Counted from the stretch's first letter, positions 8,283 through 15,208 are shown. The stretch: 24,000 bases of DNA from Planctomycetota bacterium (GCA_019636215.1 JAHBXZ010000005.1:73514-97513); one strand, 5' to 3'. Numbers and translations: made by a program. Notes: a model not told the origin generated them from the sequence alone.

Positions 8283-9207
8283 TTGCCTGGCCCTGGCACT
8301 GGAACTGCGCCTGACGGCCGAGGTCGCCTGGTCGGGCGACCGCGTGAAGCTGCATGACTTCACAAGCCCGCTGGCCTGGTGGGCCCAATGCGTGGCGCCG
8401 TTTCGCAGCTACAGCGGCACACTGGTGGACTTCGACGACGAACTGATCGAGAAACCCAACCTGTTTGCCGTGTCTTTCTTCAAGGCCGTGGTGAACGCCG
8501 GGCCCGAGTACAACCTGCCGGCACGGCTGGAGGCAAAGATCCACAGCGACGTGCCGATCGGCCAGGGCCTGGGCAGCAGCGCCGCGGCCGTGGTCGCGGG
8601 GGCCGCCATTGCAGAATCCTGGCGCAAGGGTGCCTATGACGCCGAACAGGTGTTCCAGGCCGCCGTTGAGATTGAAGGCCACGCCGACAACGCCGCGGCT
8701 GCCGCGTTTGGCGGCCTGCAGGCCGCCCTGTTGCAGGGTCGCAAGACGCGCGGGCGCAGCCTGCCCTGGCACTCCAGCCTGAAGGTGGCGCTGTGCGTTC
8801 CCTCTGAGACCCTGAAAGAAAACACCAGCGCCACCCGGCGCTGGCTGCCTGAAAACCTCAAGCGCACGGAAGCCGTCAGCAACCAGCGGTCTTTGTTGAC
8901 CCTGCTGTACGGGCTTGAAACCGGCGACGGCGACGCGATTGCCGCGGGCTTTGAAGACCGCCTGCACGTGCCCCACCGCAAGGCCATGATCGCGGGCTAT
9001 GAGGACATCGTGGGCACGGCGCGCGAAGCAGGCGCGTTCGGTGCAACCATCAGCGGCGCGGGCGGCAGCATGATTGCCATCGGCAACGGCGACATGGCCA
9101 AGGTGGCAGGCGCCATGGCGGAAGCCTACAGGCGCCACGGCATGGAAGCCCGGCCCATGACGCCCGAAGTCGCCAAGCAGGGCCTGAACCAGGAGCCCGG
9201 AGCATAA
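8209..9207 (+). CDS. thrB: Homoserine kinase (GHMP family)
   Basis: 'VRISVPASSANLGPGFDCLALAL' N-terminus and GHMP motif 'PIGQGLGSSAAAVVAG'. Start assigned to the GTG at 8209 (AAGGA 8 nt upstream); the GTG at 8233 is an alternative. The ORF-track ATG at 8107 would add a non-homologous Arg/Cys-rich leader. Confidence 0.85.
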   Translation: MTSSIANKVRISVPASSANLGPGFDCLALALELRLTAEVAWSGDRVKLHDFTSPLAWWAQCVAPFRSYSGTLVDFDDELIEKPNLFAVSFFKAVVNAGPEYNLPARLEAKIHSDVPIGQGLGSSAAAVVAGAAIAESWRKGAYDAEQVFQAAVEIEGHADNAAAAAFGGLQAALLQGRKTRGRSLPWHSSLKVALCVPSETLKENTSATRRWLPENLKRTEAVSNQRSLLTLLYGLETGDGDAIAAGFEDRLHVPHRKAMIAGYEDIVGTAREAGAFGATISGAGGSMIAIGNGDMAKVAGAMAEAYRRHGMEARPMTPEVAKQGLNQEPGA

Positions 9208-9216
9208 CGCAGCAAA

Positions 9217-9244
9217 CAGGAGCCCGGAGCGTAAGCGACGGGTC
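9217..9244 (+). repeat. REP-like element, short form (left flank of RAYT); preceded by a partial direct copy at 9190-9207
   Basis: Sequence identity to 9877-9904 (28/28, inverted) and 18939-18966 (27/28, inverted). 9190-9207 'caggagcccggagcAtaa' compared with 9217-9234 'caggagcccggagcGtaa' matches 17/18. Confidence 0.85.
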
Positions 9245-9303
9245 AAGTCACAATAGAATTTCACCACGCGGCAGCGCTTCCGCAAAGCCAGCAGGGCCGT
9301 GCC

Positions 9304-9822
9304 ATGGCCTTCAACCAGCCCAAGGCCTACCTGATCACGTTCACCTGTTACGGCACGCGTCTGCATGGTGACGATCGGGGCACAGTCGACGATGATCACA
9401 ACATTCACGGCACGCCTGTGCTGCCCACGAACCACGACCAGCAGGACGTTGCGCTTCGCCGGATGAACCACGGGCGTGTGTTGCTTGATGCCCCAATGCG
9501 CACGGTTGTCGACAGGACCATTCGGGGGGTCTGCGATCACCGCGGGTGGGACCTGCTTGAAATCAACGTGCGGACTAACCACGTTCATGTCGTCGTAGCC
9601 GCCCAGTCGAAACCTGAAAAAGTGATGAACGACTTCAAGGCATGGTGCACGCGCAAGCTTCGTAAGGCCGACCTCGCCAAGCCCGCAGCCACGATCTGGA
9701 CCGAACACGGCAGCACCCGTTGGCTGTTTACAGAATCCGCTGTCCGCAAGGCCTGCTTCTATGTGCGCCAGGCGCAAGGACCCGACTTGCCCTGGGTCGA
9801 AGACATGGAGGATCCGAAGTGA
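9304..9822 (+). CDS. REP-associated tyrosine transposase (RAYT) / IS200-like Y1 HUH transposase
   Basis: 172 aa. HUH motif 'NHVHVVVAA', conserved N-terminus 'AYLITFTCYGTRLHGDDRG', C-terminal Tyr context 'ACFYVRQAQG'. Flanked by inverted REPs. Confidence 0.8.
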   Translation: MAFNQPKAYLITFTCYGTRLHGDDRGTVDDDHNIHGTPVLPTNHDQQDVALRRMNHGRVLLDAPMRTVVDRTIRGVCDHRGWDLLEINVRTNHVHVVVAAQSKPEKVMNDFKAWCTRKLRKADLAKPAATIWTEHGSTRWLFTESAVRKACFYVRQAQGPDLPWVEDMEDPK

Positions 9823-9876
9823 CGCCACCTTAGGCGGGCTCGCACCCGCTTGCGCAATGCGAGTCCCCTTTGGCTC

Positions 9877-9904
9877 GACCCGTCGCTTACGCTCCGGGCT
9901 CCTG
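9877..9904 (-). repeat. REP-like element, short form (right flank of RAYT); overlaps the pcm 3' end
   Basis: Exact inverted copy of 9217-9244. The last 5 codons and TAA of pcm (9887-9904) lie inside it. Confidence 0.85.
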
Positions 9905-10537
9905 TATCAGCGGCACGAAACTCACGCTGCCCAGGTAGCTGCGATCGACCGTGCCGTCCTCGGCGCGGGTCACCAGCGTCATTTCCTGGCCTTCGCTTGA
10001 CCCCAGCGGTATCACCAGCCGCCCGCCGGGCGCAAGCTGTTCGATCAATGCGCGCGGCACCGCAGGCGCCGCCGCAGCAACCACGATGCGGGCAAACGGC
10101 GCAAACGCGGCATGCCCCAGGTTGCCGTCGGCTTCGATCACGGTTGCATTTTCGACGCCCGCGCGGCGCAGGTTCTCACGCGCAACCCGCGCGAGTTCGC
10201 CGATGCGCTCCAGCGCGTACACGTGCCTGCACAGGCGCGCGGCCACGGCCGTCTGGTACCCGCAGCCCGCGCCGACCTCGAGCAACGTCGCGCCCGGCGT
10301 AAGCGCCAGAAGCTCGGTCATCCAGGCCACGATGTAAGGCTGGCTGATGGTCTGCCCGTGGCCGATCGGCAACGGGCGATCTTCGTACGCAAAGGGCACC
10401 TGCGTTTCGGGCACGAACTCGTGGCGCCGCACACTGCGCATGGCATCCAGCACGCGCTCGTCACGCACACCGCGCGTCATGATCTGTGTTTCGACCATGC
10501 GCAGCCGCGCACGGACAATTTCGGTCTCTGAGGTCAT
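9887..10537 (-). CDS. pcm: Protein-L-isoaspartate(D-aspartate) O-methyltransferase
   Basis: 'RHEFVPE...PLPIGHGQTISQPYIVAWMTELL...LEVGAGCGYQTAVAARL' matches canonical Pcm motifs. Its ATG overlaps the upstream gene's TGA as ATGA (10534-10537). Confidence 0.9.
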   Translation of the reverse strand: MTSETEIVRARLRMVETQIMTRGVRDERVLDAMRSVRRHEFVPETQVPFAYEDRPLPIGHGQTISQPYIVAWMTELLALTPGATLLEVGAGCGYQTAVAARLCRHVYALERIGELARVARENLRRAGVENATVIEADGNLGHAAFAPFARIVVAAAAPAVPRALIEQLAPGGRLVIPLGSSEGQEMTLVTRAEDGTVDRSYLGSVSFVPLIQEPGA

Positions 10538-11544
10538 TCCTGCTTCTTGCTGTCCTGCTCGATCTTCTTGATCATTTCCAGCGCGACTTTGCCCGCGCGC
10601 AGGTCTTTCTTCAATTCGCCCCAGGTCTTCAGCGCGTTCATCAGTGTCTGGTCGCCCTGGGGTTCGCTTTTGTCAATCAGACGCTTCAGGTCCTCATACC
10701 CCTTCAGTTCGTCTTTGTTGGCCTTGTCTTTGCGAATGGCCTCAAAGGCTGCCTTGGCCTGCTTGCCAAGTTCGTGGCCCTTGAAATCTTTTTCCATCAC
10801 TTCAAGCGCGGGCATGGCCAAATCAAAGCGTTTGTCGGCCGTCCAGGCGGCAATGCGTTCATTGCGGCGCGTGGCCAGGTCTTTGGCGCGATCCATGATC
10901 AACTGCGCGGACTCGCGTTCAGAATCTGTCAGTTCGCCCGCTGCCAGCTTTTCGGCCTCTGCCAGTGCCGCACCGTATTCGCGCGCGGCGAAGCTGCGGC
11001 CGGCCTTGGCCAGCTTCTCTGCCAGCACCTGCGTTCCCAGGCCGGGGTACACCAGTTTCTTGAGTTCGCGCTGCAGCACGGTGTCGTAGTCGCCGCGGCC
11101 GTAAAACGCGACATTGCCGTCCACGCCGATCACCGTGGTGCGGTAGATCTGGTCCTCGTGCACATAGTGGCCGAAGTCGTTGTCTTCGTCATAGAAGCCG
11201 CCCATCGGCACGCAGTAGGTGATGCCTTCGGCCTTGCAGTAGTGGTGCAGTTCGCGCGGCGTTTCGCGCAGGCGGTGCACGGCAAACACCCAAAGTCCCT
11301 TGCCGCCCCAGGTCTTGAAAGTAGAGGCAAGCTGCGAGGCGATCTTGCGAGAATCAAGGTCCTTGACGTTCCATTCCAGCACGACGATCACGTCGCCCTT
11401 GCAGTCGTCCAGTGTGCGATGAAACTCGTAGGGGTTCACCAGCCGCCCGCCGGCCTTGAACTTGGGCGCGGGCTGGCCGACAACAACCGTGCCCGCGCAC
11501 AACGGCGCGGCCAGCAGCGCAAGCAATGCAACCAGAAAACGCAT
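10534..11544 (-). CDS. Secreted thioredoxin-fold (TlpA/AhpC-like) protein lacking the CXXC motif, with a C-terminal Lys/Glu/Ala-rich helical domain
   Basis: Signal peptide 'MRFLVALLALLAAPLCAG'. It aligns without gaps to the neighbouring paralog across the redox region, but reads 'EWNVKDLDSRK' where the paralog reads 'YWGTR(TGA)GPCVK'. Both share 'YPGLG' and the helical tail. Confidence 0.7.
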   Translation of the reverse strand: MRFLVALLALLAAPLCAGTVVVGQPAPKFKAGGRLVNPYEFHRTLDDCKGDVIVVLEWNVKDLDSRKIASQLASTFKTWGGKGLWVFAVHRLRETPRELHHYCKAEGITYCVPMGGFYDEDNDFGHYVHEDQIYRTTVIGVDGNVAFYGRGDYDTVLQRELKKLVYPGLGTQVLAEKLAKAGRSFAAREYGAALAEAEKLAAGELTDSERESAQLIMDRAKDLATRRNERIAAWTADKRFDLAMPALEVMEKDFKGHELGKQAKAAFEAIRKDKANKDELKGYEDLKRLIDKSEPQGDQTLMNALKTWGELKKDLRAGKVALEMIKKIEQDSKKQE

Positions 11545-11649
11545 GCCGAACAGGATAACAAAGCCGGCCGGACGGTAACCCGTTTTCGGAAATCGAGGTC
11601 GGTCAAAACTGTCGGGCCGCGGTACCGACTCTCAGACCCCGCAACGCAA

Positions 11650-11673
11650 ACGGCCCGGCTTTCGCCGGGCCGT
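11650..11673 (-). terminator. GC-rich hairpin between the two thioredoxin-fold paralogs (possible terminator or attenuator)
   Basis: 10-bp perfect stem acggcccggc / gccgggccgt with a 4-nt loop. The minus-strand tail ttgcgttgc is only weakly U-rich. Confidence 0.35.
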
Positions 11674-11689
11674 GTTTTGAACCGTTGCA

Positions 11690-12685
11690 CTACTTGATCT
11701 CTGAGGCAAGTTTTGCGGCTTCTTCGCCCGCAGCGAGTGCTTCGTTCTTCTTGGCGAAGGTCTCCAGGTTCTTCTTCTTCACCGCCGCGACCTTTTCTTT
11801 CTCGTTGGCCTCAAGCACCTTGGCCAGCGCGTCCCAGGCCTTCAGTTCTTCCTTCACTTCCTTGTCGGCCTTGAGTTCCTTCAGCTCGGATTCGGCCGCG
11901 GTGGCCGCTTCCATGCCCTTGAACCCCTTGCCCGACAGCGTTTCCAGTGCCTTCACGGCCTCGTGGTACCGCTTGGCGCCCTTGGCCGCGTCAATCTTGC
12001 CGCGCAGCGCCGTCACCTTTGATTCCACGCGGGCGATAATGTACTCCGCGTCGGCCGCAACCGCCGCGTCTTCGCCCTTCTTTTCCTTCACCTTGGCGGC
12101 TTCTTCGGCGGCCTTGGCAAATTCGCCGGTGCCGAACAGGACCGCCGACTTCTCAAGGTCCTTCACCACGTCCAGCTTGCCCAAGCCCGGGTACTTGATG
12201 CGCTTGAGCTGGGTTTCAATCACGGCCTCGTAGCCGCTGCGACCCTGCCAGACAACCTTGCTGTCAGGCCCGATCACAAAGGCGTACGGAAGACCGTTAC
12301 CACCCTGATAGTTTTCAAAGCTGGACCCGTTGCGAATCGGCATGGGGAATGTCAGCCCCCTGTCCTTCGCGTACTGCGTAATGTCGTCCAGCGTGCCGCC
12401 CTGGCTTTCTACCAAAAAGATGTTCAGTCCTTTGCCGCCGTGTTTGTTCCAAAGTGCTTGGATAGAAGGCAACGCCTTCACACAGGGCCCTCAGCGTGTC
12501 CCCCAGTACTTGATCAGTACGACTTCGCCTTTGCATTGTTCCATGCTGATGGCTTCGGGCTTGTTCACGCACACCGTCGCACTGAATGCAGGTGCGTCTT
12601 TTCCCGTGATGTCCACCTGTGCTTGCACCACAGGGGCCATCGCCAAAAGCATGCCGCCCAACAGCAGCATGACTACCTTGTTCAT
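11690..12685 (-). CDS. Secreted TlpA-like thioredoxin-fold protein with in-frame TGA at the first Cys of the redox motif (candidate selenoprotein, UGPC), plus a C-terminal helical domain
   Basis: Track ORFs 12491..12685 and 11690..12481 are in the same frame, separated only by TGA (12493-12491) and 3 codons. The joined sequence reads '...KGEVVLIKYWGTR-TGA-GPCVKALPSIQALWNKHGGKGLNIFLVE...GLTFP...GLPYAFVIGPDSKVVW', a full TlpA-like fold. Signal peptide 'MNKVVMLLLGGMLLAMAPVVQAQ' with GGAG upstream of the ATG at 12685. Confidence 0.6.
12459..12484 (-). other. Candidate bacterial SECIS hairpin downstream of the in-frame UGA
   Basis: On the mRNA, UGA is followed by GGGCCCUGUGU, then GAAGGC-GUU-GCCUUC (window 12479-12465). 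This is a perfect 6-bp stem with a GUU triloop starting 18 nt after the UGA. The lower stem is extendable with a mismatch and a bulged U. Confidence 0.4.
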
Positions 12686-12839
12686 CCCATTCTCCAGGTA
12701 TGGGGCCAGCGTTGTGCTGGCTGTTCAATTCGTGTGCCAAACTGACCTATAGCTTACGGCCAAAGTTCCCAACTATGGAACTCGTTCTTCCTATGTTATC
12801 TAGAAGGCCGGAAACGGCGCTCTTGGGTCACCTAAGTCC

Positions 12840-14885
12840 ATGGCACTAGTCACTTTAGATGGCATTTCTGTGCATTTTGGCGGCCCGACCTTGATGCAGC
12901 GGGTCAGCCTCGACATTGAGCCCGGCCACAAAATCGGCCTGATCGGCCAGAACGGCACCGGAAAATCGACCCTGCTCAAGATGATTGTCGGCGAGGCCGA
13001 GCCCACCGACGGCCGCATCGTGCGCCAGCGCGGCCTGAACGTTGCCTACCAGGCCCAGGAGTTGCGCTATGAACCCGGCGCCACGGCCTTTGAGGAAATG
13101 CGCCGGGTGTTCACGCAGGACCTGCAGCGCCAGCAGCGCCTGCACGAGATTGAAGAAGCCCTCGCCACCGCCGACGCCGACGAACGCCCCAAACTGCTGG
13201 CGCACTACGACAAGTTGCAGGCCGAGCACGACGCCCGCAGCGGCTATGACGTGGACCGGCGCATCGGGACGGTGCTGACCGGCTTGGGCTTGCCCGAGAA
13301 AGCGTGGACGCAACCCATTGCCAGCTTCAGTGGTGGCGAACGCAACATCATCGGGCTGGCGCGCATTGTGCTGCAGGAACCCGAGCTGATGCTGCTGGAC
13401 GAGCCCAGCAACCACCTGGATATGGAGGGCATAGAGTGGTTCATCAGCTTCCTGCGCCAGACGCGCGCAGCCGTGGTGATGGTCAGCCACAACCGCCACC
13501 TGCTGGATGCCACCGTGGACCAGATCTGGGAGCTGCACGGGCGCAAGATCACGCAATGGACCGGCAACTACAGCGATTTCGCGCGCCAGAAGCAGGAGGC
13601 GCTGGCGCTGCAGGAACGCCAGTTCAAATCGCAGCAGCGGCTGATCAAGCGCATCCAGTTCCAGGCCCGCCGCCTTCTGGATATGGCCAAGGCCTATGAC
13701 GACCCCGGCCAGGCCAAGCGCGCCAAGGCGATGCTGCAGCGCATTGAACAGATGGACAAAGTTGAGGCCCCGGACAAAAGCGAACACCGCTTTCACGCAA
13801 ACCTCAGCGGCGCCAGCCGGCACGGGCACATCGCGCTGGAAGTGTCGGGGTTGACAGTCGCAGTTTCAGCCCGGAGCGCAAGCGACGGGGTAGTTGCCAT
13901 CAGCCCCGAATCTGCGCCGCAACGCATCCTGTTGAACGCCGCCAATCTCGAAATCCACTTCGGCCACCGCGTGGCGCTGGTCGGCCCCAATGGCTCGGGC
14001 AAGACCACGCTGTTCAACGCGATCCTGCGTCACGCCAGTTGGGACAACCCCGACATTGACGTGCAGGACGGGCCGTTTCACATCAAGGGGCGGCTGCGCG
14101 TGGGCAAAAGCGCCAAGATCGGCGACTACAGCCAGATCCACGACCAGAAGCTGCCCCACAACGAAACGCTGATCACCTGGCTGATGAACGTGACCGGCCT
14201 GCGCTTTGAGCCCGCCAGCGCGATGCTGCACCGGTTTCTGTTCAACCGCGACGACCTCGAGCGGCCCATCGGCACGCTAAGCGGCGGCGAAAAATCGCGC
14301 CTGCAACTGGCGCGGCTGGTGCACGAGAAAGTCAGCTTTCTGATGCTGGATGAACCCACCAACCACCTGGACATCCAGGCCTGCGAACAGCTTGAAGAAA
14401 TGCTGGAAGAGTACGAAGGCACGCTGCTGGTGATCAGCCACGACCGCTACTTCCTGGACAAGCTGGTCAATCGCGTCGTGGAACTGAAAGACCAGCAGCT
14501 TCAGGTGTTTGAGGGCAGCTTCGCGCAATGGTGGCAGCAGCGTCACCAGCAGGCCCAGGAAGGCCGCAAGGGCGCGCTGCAACTGCACAGCCAGGCCAAG
14601 GCCTTTGAGCAATCCGCCGGTGCCGCGCAGCGCGAAGCCCAGAAGGCGCACCAGCGTGAACAACACCGGCTGCGTACGCAGATCAAGGCCATTGAAGGCA
14701 AGATTGAAAGGCTCGAGGCCAGGCAGAAAGAACTGGAGCAGAAGCTGGCCGAGGCCTTCAGCGCCCAGGGCACCCAAAGCGCGCACGAGGCCGCGCACAT
14801 CCACGCGGCCTTCGAGGCCACAAGAAAAGAAATCGCCGACCTGTACACCGAATGGGAAGCATTGGCCGAGGCGGTGGAGGGGTAG
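12840..14885 (+). CDS. ABC-F family ATPase (two ABC domains and a C-terminal coiled coil), carrying an in-frame REP-derived insert in NBD2
   Basis: Walker A 'GQNGTGKST' and 'GPNGSGKTT', signatures 'FSGGERNII' and 'LSGGEKSRL', Walker B 'LMLLDEPSNHLD' and 'FLMLDEPTNHLD'. No TM segments. Gln/Glu/Arg-rich helical tail. Confidence 0.9.
   Translation: MALVTLDGISVHFGGPTLMQRVSLDIEPGHKIGLIGQNGTGKSTLLKMIVGEAEPTDGRIVRQRGLNVAYQAQELRYEPGATAFEEMRRVFTQDLQRQQRLHEIEEALATADADERPKLLAHYDKLQAEHDARSGYDVDRRIGTVLTGLGLPEKAWTQPIASFSGGERNIIGLARIVLQEPELMLLDEPSNHLDMEGIEWFISFLRQTRAAVVMVSHNRHLLDATVDQIWELHGRKITQWTGNYSDFARQKQEALALQERQFKSQQRLIKRIQFQARRLLDMAKAYDDPGQAKRAKAMLQRIEQMDKVEAPDKSEHRFHANLSGASRHGHIALEVSGLTVAVSARSASDGVVAISPESAPQRILLNAANLEIHFGHRVALVGPNGSGKTTLFNAILRHASWDNPDIDVQDGPFHIKGRLRVGKSAKIGDYSQIHDQKLPHNETLITWLMNVTGLRFEPASAMLHRFLFNRDDLERPIGTLSGGEKSRLQLARLVHEKVSFLMLDEPTNHLDIQACEQLEEMLEEYEGTLLVISHDRYFLDKLVNRVVELKDQQLQVFEGSFAQWWQQRHQQAQEGRKGALQLHSQAKAFEQSAGAAQREAQKAHQREQHRLRTQIKAIEGKIERLEARQKELEQKLAEAFSAQGTQSAHEAAHIHAAFEATRKEIADLYTEWEALAEAVEG
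13861..13918 (+). repeat. REP-like element, long form, inside the ABC-F coding sequence
   Basis: 'cagtttcagcccggagcgcaagcgacggggtagttgccatcagccccgaatctgcgcc'. It matches 55/58 to the reverse complement of 15151-15208 and shares the core with the short-form REPs. Confidence 0.85.
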
Positions 14886-14930
14886 GGCGTTGCGCGGGTA
14901 ACCGCAAGTGGCCAACAGCAGCCCACACGT

Positions 14931-14955
14931 CAGCCCGGCCTGCAAAGGCCGGGCC
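14931..14955 (+). repeat. 25-nt hairpin element CAGCCCGG-NN-TGCAAA-NN-CCGGGCC (may also terminate ABC-F transcription)
   Basis: 'cagcccggcctgcaaaggccgggcc': 8-bp stem, 6-nt loop, 46 nt after the ABC-F stop. No strong T-tail. Confidence 0.45.
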
Positions 14956-15087
14956 TTCGGAACGCCCGATTTCGAATCACGAATGCGGGTCGGGCGAACA
15001 ACCGCAACCGGGTAGAGACCGACGTAGCTGGCGACCGCCATCCGATCGCGTTGGGCGGCCACACTTGCGCGACCTGCATTGTGACGA

Positions 15088-15112
15088 AGGCCCGGGGTTT
15101 GCACCCCGGGCT
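15088..15112 (-). repeat. Inverted second copy of the 25-nt hairpin element
   Basis: The reverse complement reads 'cagcccggggtgcaaaccccgggcc'. It is identical to 14931-14955 except cc->gg and gg->cc, paired changes that keep the stem intact. Confidence 0.45.
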
Positions 15113-15150
15113 GACGCGGGAACATCGGCTTGTGATGGTTGGGCGCCCTT

Positions 15151-15208
15151 GGCGCAGATTCGGGGCTGATGGTAACTACCCCGTCGCTGACGCTCCGGGC
15201 TGAAACTG
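15151..15208 (-). repeat. REP-like element, long form, intergenic; inverted mate of 13861-13918
   Basis: 'ggcgcagattcggggctgatggtaactaccccgtcgctgacgctccgggctgaaactg' matches 55/58 to the reverse complement of 13861-13918. Confidence 0.85.

Larger units (their letters stand above)
9217..9904 (+). mobile_element. RAYT unit: a Y1 (IS200-like) transposase gene bracketed by perfect 28-bp inverted REP copies
   Basis: 9217-9244 'caggagcccggagcgtaagcgacgggtc' is the exact reverse complement of 9877-9904. The single HUH/Y1 gene lies between them. Confidence 0.75.

Noticed and set aside
8294-8308. Sigma54-like promoter TGGCAC-N5-CTGC.
   Set aside because: It lies inside the thrB coding sequence, the -12 element is imperfect (CTGC rather than TTGC), and no downstream gene start would use it. 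It is probably a chance match in GC-rich DNA.
12491-12685. Treating the 64-aa ORF and the 263-aa ORF (11690..12481) as two independent genes.
   Set aside because: They share one frame and are separated only by a TGA and 3 codons. Neither half is a complete thioredoxin fold on its own, and the second half would need a GTG start inside the CGPC motif. One recoded (or nonsense-mutated) gene explains the data better.
14965-14990. tRNA T-arm-like string 'gatttcgaatcacgaatgcgg'.
   Set aside because: It does not match GGTTCGAATCC. No acceptor, D or anticodon stems can be drawn around it on either strand.
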